Source of the DNA: Octopus sinensis
Lineage: Eukaryota
Direction: 5' to 3'
Assembly: GCF_006345805.1 (NCBI RefSeq)
Contig: NC_042999.1
Coordinates: forward strand, 72,416,001 to 72,480,000
DNA length: 64,000 nt
The notes beneath the pieces were generated by a model that saw nothing but the letters and a program-made list of their open reading frames with translations, ran no database searches and was not told the origin of the DNA. The position numbers were made by a program, and so were the translations under genes. Below are positions 12,097-24,049 of this stretch, piece by piece. The first letter of the stretch is position 1, and every line of letters starts with the position of its first letter.

Positions 12097-12132
<36 letters not shown>

Positions 12133-12340
12133 ACAAACTGAAAATAAGAGTTTGTCTCAGGATACGAATTTCACGCCACTGCGATCTTCAAGCGAAACTC
12201 GCATTGGCATGAAACTCGAGTTTCAAATAAACCTGGCTTCAAATTTAATGAAAATATATATATATCGTCCACAACATTATTGACCACTCTCTTGTTATTC
12301 GTTAGATATTAAGCAATGTATGTGTATAGACACACACACA

Positions 12341-12391
<51 letters not shown>

Positions 12392-12906
12392 ACGCACAGA
12401 CACATGCAAACACACACACTTGCACGCATATATACGTCTATATGAGTTAGAGGTTAAACAACCATCTAAGGGATAATAAATAGCCAATATACCACTGGAT
12501 ATATACCTATGCATTTATATCCAAATGCCTACAGTTGTAAGGCAATAGCACAATTAAATAATAGATACGAGTGGATGTAAACACAAGTTTACCCAGAATT
12601 TATAAATCAAAGAAGAAAATTGAAAAGATAATTAGTTGACAAACATCAGCATACAAACATCAATTAGATATATCTATTAATTACATCATATGGATAAATA
12701 AATAAATAAATAAATAAGAATAAATGAGTGAATAAAAATTTACTCTTACAGCTGGACACCAAAAGTAGAAACACGTGTAAGAGTAAAATTTTTTCACTTA
12801 TTTATTTCTTTATCCATATGACTGCAATTAATAAATAGATCTAATTGGTGTTTTTAAGCTGATCTATGTCAATTAATTATCTTCTCCATTTTCTTCTTTG
12901 CCTATA

Positions 12907-12982
<76 letters not shown>

Positions 12983-13087
12983 CAATGATTAAAGTAGTTC
13001 TGTGATAAAATAATTGATTGCTCACCGTCGAGATCGACAAGGATCCATTTCGTTAGTTATATTTATATAAGAACATGCGCACAAGAA

Positions 13088-13310
13088 AGGCGGCGAGTTG
13101 GCAGAAACGCTAGCACGCCGGGCGGAATGCTTCGCGGTATTTCGTCTGCCGTTAAGTTCTGAATTAAAATTCCGCCAAGGTCGACTTTGCCTTTCATCCT
13201 TTCGAGGTCGATAAATTAAGTACCCGTTACGCACTGGGGTCAATCCAATCGACTTAATCCCTTTGTCTGTCCTTGTTTGCCCTTGTGGGCAATAAAGAAA
13301 TAATAATATG
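13088..13310 (+). mobile_element. SINE family 2, well-preserved copy
   Basis: GGCGGCGAGTTGGCAGAAACGCTAGCACGCCGGGCGGAATGCTTCGCGG...TTGTGGGCAATAAAGAAATA; near match to 54453-54690. Confidence 0.8.
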
Positions 13311-15750
13311 CGCACAAAATAGATTTAGAAATACAAATATTAATCTGTGGATTTTATACATAAATATGCATAAAGACGTGAAAGCGTATATGAAATATAT
13401 TTTCCACAGAAACGTTTACTAGTTACCTCGAAGTTTCCCTGGTCGCTGACTTCCAGAGATGTAAGATGGCGCCAGTAAAACATATTGGCGTAAATAATTA
13501 GTCAAATATCTCTTTGTAAAAATGTATGTTAAAATAAATAATCTTTTGTTACTTATTGCATTTAAAATTCGTTAACTAGGAATTTTGAGACACTTTCCCA
13601 CATTCATGAATGTGTGTGTTATGCGTTTGTTGGCGTGTGTGAGTATGTGTGTGTGCATATATGTTATGTATGTACGTTTTCGGAAATCATGAGTCCGGAC
13701 TAAAGCATTGATAATTATTTCAATTGTAAGTTTGTATTTCCAACGCAACGGTAATGAAGCAAATAAAATATGATATATGTACATATATACACACACATAG
13801 ACACACGCGCACGTACACACTCACATACGCACACATACATATATATATATGAAGACGGAGAGAGAAAGTACATGTGTGATGTGTTGGAGAGGTTAAAAAT
13901 AATGTTGATATGCAATAAATATTTCTACTGAAAGGAAAAATTATTGCCTATTTAGACGTCTTAATTTATTAATGCTAAATCAAATTAATGGAGTTATTTT
14001 TGTTCTCCAACAGTGCCTCTTCCGTTTAATTAATTTTGATCATAGAACAAATACATCAAATTTTTAAAATCATAGAGAATGTTTCTTTTTCTGTCTTTTA
14101 TACTAGCCATATTGTCTACAACTTGTGAAGTAGAAGATAACCAGTCCATCTTAGCTTTATCTTGGAAGTACCGAGAGTAGTTTAGCGAGATATTCTCGCA
14201 TACATTTACACGATTTATTCCCTGGTGCATCTATTTCACTTTCCTGATAATGTTCATACGTTCTGTACAAATGTACGGACATTATCAGAAAAGTGAAACA
14301 ATAGTATGAACGTTATATCACACATACCTTCGAAATCAAAAGGCTGTTTTAGCCCGTCGATGGATGTCACTCGTTATCAAAGATCAAAAAAGCAGTGAGC
14401 TGGCAGAATCGTTAGCACGCCGGGATTTCTATCAGCTTTACGTTCTTAGCTCAAATTACGCCGAGGTTGACTTTGCTTTTCATTCGTATGGAGTCGATAA
14501 AATATAATACCAGTTGAACACTGGAGTTGATAAAGTCGACACGCCTCGTCTCACAAAATTTCAGGCCTTGTGCCTATAGAAGGGAGAATTATCAAAGATC
14601 AAACAAGTGAACTTACTGAAACTTCCAGAGTGTAACACAAAGGTTTGCTTTTTTTTGTAGGGTAAGGGGCCTTAACAGCGTCTCCCACTTCATTTTTTTA
14701 TTATTCACCATCACCTGACTTTTGAGAAATAACTATGGGAGAGGGTTTTAAAACCAGACGAGAAATCCACAACATGCTTGCTCGATCTTCTGTAACAGTC
14801 ACCAAATTATCGTATTTCACTTTGTTATCTTGAAACAGAAGAGATGCTTATTAAATAAGAAAGCCCTGAATTACACTTGCTAAAACAGAAACAAGATGGT
14901 CACGCCTAGAATGTTTTTATTCAATTAGAGCTGATCCAAGGAGAAAGCAACAGCTTTTGTATCCTATGCTATACATTTTCTGCCCTTATATGTGCATGTG
15001 TGTGTCTTTGCGTCTGTAATCGTCCTCCGCCACCGCTTGACAACCGATGTTGGTGTGCTTACGTCCTCGTAACTTAGCGGTTCGGAAAAAGACCTGATAG
15101 TTTAAGTACCAGGCTTTAAAAAGGAAAAAGCACAAGGTCGATTCATTCGACTAAAATTTCTTTAAGGCGATACTCCAGCATGGCCGCAGTCTAACGGCTC
15201 AAACAACTAAAAGATAAGATATATACAAGGCCTGAAATTTTGTAGCTGATGAGAATAGTAGATCATACCAACCCCGGAACTTTATTAATACTTCATTTTA
15301 TCGATCCCGGAAGTATAAGCAAATTTGACCTCAGCGGGATTTGAACCCAGAATGTAAGAAACCAGAAGAAACACTCCTCAGTTACACAGTAATGCCACTA
15401 CTAACTGAAGTAAACTCTACAAACCTATTTACAGTTAGATAGTCGTTTAGAATTTATTGTCTTGGTCACGGAAATAACACAATATTGATTATAGGAACCA
15501 ACAGCGTCTCAACTGGTTGTTTCATATCCACTGCCACGACCTTCTAATTTTGTGTAACAAATGTAATAATGTAAAACCGTTCAAATCAGTCATTTACTGT
15601 CTCTGTTAAATGCATTCATTCGATATTAGCAAGATTTTAAGACAGAAATATATATAATTGTTTATGAAGTTCAATATTATTCTGGACACTTGCGTAAGAT
15701 TATATTGTCAAATAATATTTATAAGCCTCTCGGTGTGCGTGCGTGCGTGC

Positions 15751-15800
<50 letters not shown>

Positions 15801-16042
15801 TGTGTGTGTGTGTAATTTTTGAAATTGCAGTTTCGATATTATGAGGAAATATACACAGTTGTGGACATGTAAACGACGTAGTTGAATTTCGTATGAAGTA
15901 GCCATTTCAATATAGAAATGTCAATTTATAATCTACGTTGACGGACATGCAAATAGGAATACGTTGTGGCGAAGGAATTTAGGCTGAAAAGGCCGCAGTA
16001 AAATGCACACATAAGTTAATCAATTGCAGAGTCGCCATTTCA

Positions 16043-16133
16043 GTATCTATTAACAACTGTGTCTCTATTAACAACTGTGTCTCTATTAACAACTAACTGT
16101 ATCTCTTTTAACAACTGTGTCTCTATTAACAAC
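16043..16133. repeat. 18-bp minisatellite, ~5 units
   Basis: Unit GTGTCTCTATTAACAACT, repeated with one 4-nt insertion. Confidence 0.85.
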
Positions 16134-16404
16134 GTCGTGTGTTTCGTTTTATGCATAAAATTTGTCTAAAAGTAAATACTATACTGTTGTGTTTCACAAT
16201 AAAGATTTTTACGGAAAACAATATCAAATATGATCCCATTCTTGAGTGTGTGACGATCATTAAATATCTCGTGATTTTCAAAGAAAATTCGCTAATGATG
16301 CTGTGCGTTAACAAAGTAGCTCGTACTTAATCTGCGTTACATCTAATTGATCCCAGCAAAAGAAAGCAAAGATGATTGAAATTGTGAACATCATAATATT
16401 TCGA

Positions 16405-16699
16405 TTAAACTCCATTTTCAGACACCGGCAAAAAAAATTGAACAAAAAAATAGTGTAATATGTCTAAAACAACGTTTAGTAATAGAATATGAAGGGGGAA
16501 ATGCGCGCTGACGAACGACGCGGGAGTGGAGAGTACTCGGAAAATTCACATCGGGAATGTTCCGAGTCTTCTCATCACTCCCCCGTTCGTCGGCGCAAAT
16601 TTTTTTCTTCTTATTCATTTACTACACATTATTTTACACTTATTACGCTATAATTTTTTTTTCAGTTTTTTTTTGCCCGTGTCTGAAACTGGAGCTTAA
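16405..16699. mobile_element. foldback (whole-length palindromic) MITE-like element bounded by TTAA
   Basis: The left arm TTAAACTCCATTTTCAGACACCGGCAAAAAAAATTGAA... is the imperfect reverse complement of the right arm ...TTCAGTTTTTTTTTGCCCGTGTCTGAAACTGGAGCTTAA. Pairing continues through a GC-rich core (16505-16596) to a 7-nt loop ACATCGG. Confidence 0.8.
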
Positions 16700-17022
16700 C
16701 CAATATTCCTTTATACAGAACATTGCTTTGTTCAAAAGTTTCTTCAATCCACAATTATAAATCTTATATCATTTTACTTATTTCAGTCATCAGACTGCGA
16801 TCATGCCGGGGCACTACCTTGAAGAGATTAGTCGAACAAATCGACCCCGCCACTTATATTTTTTTAAGTCTCTTATTTATTGTATCGGTCTCTTTCGCCA
16901 AACTGCTAAGTCACGGAGACATAAACAAAGTAACGTGACAAACATTGATTGTCAGGCAATGGAGAGGACCAGCACAAATAGACACACACACACACATATA
17001 TATAAACATATACATATATATA

Positions 17023-17067
<45 letters not shown>

Positions 17068-17071
<4 letters not shown>

Positions 17072-17480
17072 CTCTTTTACTCTTTTACTTGTTTCAGTCA
17101 TTTGACTGCGGCCATGCTGGAGCACCGCCTTTAATCGAGCAACTCAACCCCGGGACTTATTCTTTGTAAGCCCAGTACTTATTCTATCGGTCTCTTTTGC
17201 CGAACCGCTAAGTAACGGAGACATAAACACACCAGCATCGGTTGTCAAGCAATGCTAGGGGGATAAACACAAACATACACGCACACACATATATACATAT
17301 ATATACATATATACGACAGGCCTCTTTCAGTTTCCGTCTACCAAATCCACTCACAAGGCTTTGGTCGGCCCGAGGCTATAGTAGAAGACACTTGCCCAAG
17401 GTGCCACCAAGTGGGACTGAACCCAGAACCATGTGGTTGGTAAACAAGCTACTTACCACACAGCCACTCCTGCGCCTATA
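17068..17480 (-). mobile_element. tRNA-derived SINE family 1, full-length with internal (TA)/(CA) tract
   Basis: Minus-strand head GGCGCAGGAGTGGCTGTGTGGTAAGTAGCTTGTTTACCAACCACATGGTTCTGGGTTCAGTCCC (A and B boxes), and tail GACTGAAACAAGTAAAAGAGTAAAAGAG. Other copies or parts lie near 4700, 10650, 15010, 16790, 25225, 34440, 37770, 52829, 57690 and 61286. Confidence 0.88.
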
Positions 17481-17967
17481 AAAGTAACTAGTAACAACTT
17501 CTCTTGAAAATCCTTTCTACTATAGGCACAAGGCCTGAAATTTGGAGGGAGGTGGCAACTGGTACTTAATTTATCGACCCCGTAAGAATGAAAGGCAAAG
17601 TCGACCGCGGCGGAATTTGAACTCAGAACGTAACGGCAGATGAAATCCCGCAAAGCATTTCGCCTGGCGTGCTAACATTTCTGCCAGTTCGCCACTATAT
17701 ATATATATATAAATTTAAAATGAGAGTGAGAAATTAGATATTAATTTAACATCGATTTCACACCAGTGGTCTAGCATATAAAATAAAAAATGAAGGTTCA
17801 GTAAAATTGTATTTTATAAATATTAGAGGGAAACCACTATGTGGACACCCTTATGCTAGAAATAGATCCGCTATGGTCTTACCACTAAGAAATGTTCTCA
17901 AGAAAAATTTAGCAAAACAACCAAAACGTAATCGAGCATGACAAAAGAAAAAGCAATAAAAATATGA

Positions 17968-18092
<125 letters not shown>

Positions 18093-18730
18093 ATATATAT
18101 ATATACATATATACACATGTGTGTGTGTACGTGTGCGCACGCGACGGGCTTCCACTCAGTTTCTATCTACCAATTCACTCACATGATATTGATCGATTCG
18201 TGGCTATAGCAAAAGACATTCTTTGAAGGTGGTTGCAAAGCAAATTTCTTAACCATACAGCCGTGCCTTACCAACTTACCAACTAGTAAGCAGTGTGAAT
18301 CTTTTGCTTTCACTTTACCTCCCACCTGATCTTACTCAGAAAATTATAAGATACTTAAGTATAGTTTTGTAAGTACTATTCTTTCATGTAGATCAAGTGT
18401 AATAAAGACGTCGCGGGCTAGTTTGTCTTAGATACACTTAATTCTAAGTCGTCGGTACTGTTCCAATATCTATATAATTTATGAGATTCTCCACGTTGAT
18501 GTAGGAGTATCTAACTAGATAAATAAATAATATATGGATATAATTTATTATCTAGTTTTTGAATGATATCTTTAAGGTCATCAGGAGGGAAACGTGATAT
18601 TTCTTAGGATTCTAAATCATTTGTTGGTTCCAATCAATGTGTAATACGAATATAAGTGCGTATATTTAAAATGGTAGATACTACTTTTACTAGAAGCTGC
18701 ACACGCGTGCACACACATACATAAATGTAT

Positions 18731-18785
<55 letters not shown>

Positions 18786-18871
18786 TTGATGGGTGTATAT
18801 ACATGTATACACACGCACACACGGAGACACACATATCTATCTATTAATCTATGTAAACATACATACATACA

Positions 18872-18902
<31 letters not shown>

Positions 18903-19502
18903 GAACTAACTGTTACTTTCTCAGATGCAGCACAGAATTTTGTTAGTGAACAGGTCGCGATTTCAAAGCGACGAAAATATTTTAACAAATTAAATTTAAA
19001 TGTTGAAGTGAATCCAACGGTTTTCGTGTGTTTTTAAATGGCTTATAAACTCCTTCCACGTTGCAATTGTTTTTGTTTCAGCACACGATCTCAGATCAAG
19101 TCACTTGCTATGCAAGTACAACATCCGCAAGGTGTATTTTCTTGCTTTTTCTTCTTTTTTTTCAATACTTTAACGACTCTACCAATCTACGGTATTGAGT
19201 TTTTTCTTTTTACAGAAATAACAACAACAATGAAAGAAATGTCATTTTATTTTGTGTTAAAATACATTTTATTACTATTTGTTCTCTTTAAAGAATTCTA
19301 GTTATTTTCTATGTTACTATAAAGTTATTAATGTTAAAGCGACCTTGTGGTTTTTATAGTTGGTATGGTAACAGTAGTGTTGATTTCTTGTCAAAGAAAA
19401 GAAAAGAGAGTTTCTATTTAGAATATGAGAAAACGTGAAATTTATTAGTCACGGCCTAACTATACATAATGGGTTTTTTCTGGATATTCAGCTAACTGCA
19501 TT

Positions 19503-19709
19503 CCGTATTTTCCAGCATACAGATCGACTTAGTATATAGTGTAAACATGTAGTGTAAATATTCAAACATCGTCACTATCTTTCCAAATTCTGATGCATTT
19601 CACATGGAATTTTTGATCCTCCAAAGTCGTCTGAGTATATAAGTGAACCTATCTTTTTGGGCTGTAAGCTTTTCCCTAAAAAATTCGACTTGTATGCCAA
19701 AAAATACAG
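19503..19709. mobile_element. Tc2/pogo-like MITE in the putative 3' UTR of the orphan gene
   Basis: Ends CCGTATTTTCCAGCATACAGATCGAC and TCGACTTGTATGCCAAAAAATACAG-TA. The left TA is altered to TT. Confidence 0.6.
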
Positions 19710-19767
19710 TATTTCAAACTACAAAACATGAATGGTATTGTTGACCCGGAGAATACTAGAATCTTGC

Positions 19768-20370
19768 TTAAGTACCAGCTCTTCCTTCCGGTGCTCCGTC
19801 ACGACTTTTTGGTGTAAGGGGTTTTATAGTTGAAGTGAGGGCTGTTGCAGGAATACTTTTATGAAGCCAATACACAAACATCCCTTGGATTATTGTAACA
19901 TATACAGGGCGAAATTTCTGCGGATAATACTTCGTCGAATACATGTTCCTCAGTGTATTTTCAGAAACTCTCAGTAAATCCTTGAACTTTAGCACAATAT
20001 CGAAATCCGAAAGCACTCTAGGACAAATTAAAAAATAATCTTCGTTTTTCGTGTTACCAAAGTATTTAAGAAGTGATCTCATTCGTAGTGGAAATTGACG
20101 AAGAGAGACAATATTCTTCATTGGTGAAATTTCGCATTCCCAGTACGCTAATTTGAATCTCGACTCGTCACTTTCATCGGATGAGCCTATGGAAGATTCT
20201 AGCGATCCCTCTGATGAACTGCTACCGAAGCGATATACATTCCTATTTGCATATCTACCAGTTAAGCGTGTCCTGACCTCTTCAGATGAATCAGCACCAA
20301 CAATAGTTTGAACTGATAGAAAATATGTCAATAACAACTCAAGCAACGGTACGAATTTGAATGACTTCAT
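19768..20370 (-). CDS. uncharacterised 200-aa predicted secreted protein with clustered S-x-E motifs; CDS in one exon
   Basis: 603-nt non-repetitive ORF. ATG at 20370 in GTTGCCATGA context. N-terminus MKSFKFVPLLELLLTYFLSVQTIVGA is signal-peptide-like and is followed by DSSEE...SSSSEGSLESSIGSSDESDES. Upstream acceptor CTTCTCTTATATTTCAG (AG at 20512-20511). Minus-strand AATAAA at 19446-19441 and 19251-19246. No family recognised. Confidence 0.72.
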   Translation of the reverse strand: MKSFKFVPLLELLLTYFLSVQTIVGADSSEEVRTRLTGRYANRNVYRFGSSSSEGSLESSIGSSDESDESRFKLAYWECEISPMKNIVSLRQFPLRMRSLLKYFGNTKNEDYFLICPRVLSDFDIVLKFKDLLRVSENTLRNMYSTKYYPQKFRPVYVTIIQGMFVYWLHKSIPATALTSTIKPLTPKSRDGAPEGRAGT

Positions 20371-21147
20371 GGCAACGGTTGAGAATCTCAATGCAAATCG
20401 GGAAAATAACTTGAACAACAAATGCTATTGAGTGAGATATCCCAAGGTTTAGGTTTGAAGGTGTTTGAAGAAGTGAGACAGAAAAGCACTGCGAATTTTC
20501 TTTCTTCAAGCTGAAATATAAGAGAAGATAGTATCTTATTTTAATGTTACAGGTTTACAGTCAGTCGTCATGTTTAAACTTCAAACGAATAATATCGAGT
20601 CAACAGAAACATTAAAGTGTTTACATTTGCCTCCCCACGTTTTTCTATTTCCGACAGATCAATTTCGATTTTCCTTCTTCCAATTTCAATAAAATAGGTA
20701 CCAGAAATGTACTAAGATTGGTTCGATTGACAATACCCGCCACCACCAACCCAGCACAACATTACCTTGTCTCGGACGAAGGAATCCATAAGTTCCTGAT
20801 GATCTTCATTTATTCTTCATTGAGGTATGAGTTGATTAATACCACCATGACGATCTCACATTGTCAGACGTGAACTAAGTTTCCAGTTAGGGGAACTAAG
20901 CTAGTGAAAGTTACATATCTTTGCCAAGAATATAGTGTCTCAATGCAAACTGGTGACTCTTCGGTCGATAAGCCACATCTTGTCAATTCATCTGGCTGTA
21001 ACTTTTAGAGTAGCAGAAGCATTTATATTTTACTACAACACATCCTCACGCACGCAAATACACACGCAATCACACACGGCCTCATATACACATGCGCACA
21101 CATCCAAACGACAAATAAAACACTACTATATAAATAAAACACGCTAC

Positions 21148-21193
21148 CCTGAACTGATGACGGGCAATACCCAGAAACATGCATGTATTCAGG
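21148..21193 (+). ncRNA. type I hammerhead ribozyme motif
   Basis: Stem I CCUGAA/UUCAGG (6 bp); core CUGAUGA (21154-21160); stem II C-GGG-CAAUA-CCC-A; GAAA (21174-21177); palindromic stem III ACAUGCAUGU; GUA cleavage triplet with the cut predicted after 21187. Confidence 0.8.
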
Positions 21194-22075
21194 TTGCTAG
21201 TCCTAGCTGGTGGGGGTGCTTGCCTCCCCTTTGCAAATATAAGGACACAGGGAATGTGTCAAAGCCAACAGGAAGCGTCGATGCTTCCTAGGGCTATATA
21301 GCGGTGGTGTAATTCCCTCTACGGGACTGTCACGTTATGTTGACTTTATACAATCACTCTATCGCTCCACCACCGCTCATGTCTCGTTGAGACATTTAGA
21401 AATTCAATATTTCTAAATAAAACACTGAGACCGGGAAAACTAGTAATGTCTGGTATCAGCAGAAATAATAGTTTCTAATTTAGGCAGAAGGCGAGCAATT
21501 TTCATGGGAGGAGTCAGTTGATTACATTGAACCCAGTACTTCCTGAGACTTAATTTTATTGATTCGGGAAAGATGAAAAGCAAGGTTGACCTCAGCAGGT
21601 TTTGACCTCTGAACGAAAAGAGATGCAACAGAATATCGCTAGGAATTTAGCTATGGCTTTTTATCAATTCTGCCAATCCATTCCAGTATGTTAGCAGAAA
21701 TACAGCATCTTGTATGCTGTCGATTCTGTCGAGCCCAGTACTTGTAGCTTGCTACTTATTTGATTAACTTTGATAGAAGTAACGTCAAAGACAACAGATT
21801 AAATAAAATATCTTTTTACAAAATAAAGTAAATAAAATATTTTACGAATTTTGTTTTCTTCCACGATTATGCACATTTACTCTTACAATAACTAAACATC
21901 ATTGCTAATAATAATATAAAACAATAAATCAATGAAGTTAATGACTCAGACTGTAACCACCATAACACAAAAAAATAGTTAAGTTTGAGTCAATGTATTT
22001 AATGTCATAAACAAATAAAAATCTAATTAGAAACATTTATGTAATGGGGAAAACACATTAGCTTTATGGCTAACA

Positions 22076-22450
22076 TTATTTTAACTGTTTCATGCACGAC
22101 ACACATTTATGAAAATTTCTTGTTTCATTTATTCTCGGCAAAAAACAGACTCTGAGTGGAGTGCCCTTCACCATATCCAACCTGCTCGTAAATGGCATAA
22201 GTACCAAAACATATAGTAAACATGAGAAAAAGCAATCCTGATGAACGGAGCCTGTGATTCGAAACGGTTCCGATGGTGACCATGTAATGTGTCCATCAAA
22301 GAGATGGTTTTGAGCACTGTAATGATTCAAGTTCAATGATGAAAGTGAAACTGGCTGTCCTTAAAGTGGTTTCCTCATTGAATAATGGCTGATTCTATTT
22401 TATGTTATATCTAAAGTGATCAGAGACCCACCAAAGCTGGATCTAACCTC
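22076..22450 (-). mobile_element. L1/Tx1-type LINE RT remnant
   Basis: SEPFRITGSVHQDCFFSCLLYVLVLMPF resembles the F.I.RGVRQGCPLSPLLY.L.LEPF RT motif. Upstream remnants read RISHY and TASF. Confidence 0.6.
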
Positions 22451-22696
22451 ACTCTTTCTATTATATACCACACAATATAAAGGTTATAATGGATATAAGG
22501 TGCATTCCAGAAGGTTTGAAATTTTTTAGGAGAGACTCTTATAACTGTCCTGGACTATTGTAATTTTACTATATCATTACTACACATCTAATAAGCTGGC
22601 CTGCTAACTTTTATTCTAGATTGAAGGAGTCTGTTGTAATAACACTTTAAAAACACCCTACAAAACACAGCTTACCACAACTGACAAACTCACAGA

Positions 22697-23175
22697 ATGC
22701 AGTCGGAGCAAGAAGACTCTTTGGAACCTCGCTATGCAATTAAGTTTTGTGTTCAACTGGACAAAACCGCTACAGAAACTTATGAAATACTACAGACTGC
22801 TTATAGATTAACTTGTATGAGACGAGCATCCGTTTTTGTTTTCGCTGACATAAGAGGTTCACGGACGGTAGAGAGATGACAGATGATGAGAGCTGTGGGA
22901 GGGAGAACGACGTCAGGACATCAGAGATGGTTGAGAACAGTCGCTAGTTTCTGGATGAAGACCGTCGTGTGTCTATAAAGACAATAAATATGCAGTTTGG
23001 AGTTGGTGTGGCAACTTTACAGAGACAGGATATCCAACTGAAGCATATTGACACCCTCAGACCTAAAGAAAGGCAAAGCAAGTCTACCGCGAAGCTCATG
23101 ATGATCCCTTTTTTCGACAGTAAGGGCAGCTTCTACAACCACTGAGTTCCCTATGGCCAGGCGGTCAACAGAGGT
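22697..23175 (+). mobile_element. decayed mariner transposase
   Basis: EPRYAIKFCVQLDKTATETYEILQTAY (N-terminal HTH), DEDRRVSIKTI, and a remnant of AKLMMI.FFDSKG. Confidence 0.75.
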
Positions 23176-23569
23176 CAATTTAAGTAAAAAAAAAAGTAGC
23201 AATCATAATAATAATGTTTTTCTTTTCTTCATAATTTAGGTACAAGTCTAACAATTTTGATATTATTGACCGTCGTAAATATTTTACAGTTTTCCTTTCT
23301 CTAAACAGCGTGACCGCCACAACCTCTAGATATAATATAAATAACCTTGATCTGCAAGTACATTTGAATAGTAACAGAGTATCTAACTGAAGACAGAAAT
23401 GCTCTTTTTTAATGTAAAAGATCTTATAACAGAAGAAATGAAAAAAAAACATATACACAATGAAAATACAAGCAATGAGAATAAAATAGCAAAACTAAAA
23501 TAAGAATATTATATGTAAAAATATTGAGTGTATAAATCTCAAAAATAGACGTAGTGCCTGCAAAACAAT

Positions 23570-24013
23570 ATCAAATTACAACTATATGGATTCCCAAGAA
23601 GATGAAGCCTCAAGATAATTATACTCCGAGATAATATAGATCAAAATGGTAAATCACAACTACACTGATTGAAATATGAACTAGAGTAAAGGTGAGAAAA
23701 TTTCTTAAAGTTAATATCTACGATAAACTAAAGGTTAAAGATCTTACGGTTCAATGAAAGACATTTCAATATATAATGCCTAGCGATGAAATGACAGCAG
23801 GAATAAAATAAGTACAAACTTGACTGTTGCAGGCTTATTGGAAACAGAGGTGGACAAAATACATCAAATACAAAATACATCAAATAAATACAGCCACAAT
23901 AATAACAAAGCTGGGTAGGGACATCCTTAAAGTTTCTGATATACGAAAGCTAACAACAGTATAGAAAAAGATTTTGAGAATAATGACCGCTCAGTTTTTA
24001 ATAAAATCAACGA

Positions 24014-24049
<36 letters not shown>

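Noticed and set aside
19768-20421. The 217-aa version of the orphan ORF starting at 20421
   Set aside because: It uses a TTG start. The ATG at 20370 has a good context and begins the signal-peptide-like leader.
22236-22275. CTGATGA...GAAAC hammerhead-like string
   Set aside because: Stems II and III do not form properly, and it is the antisense of an L1/Tx1 RT coding remnant.
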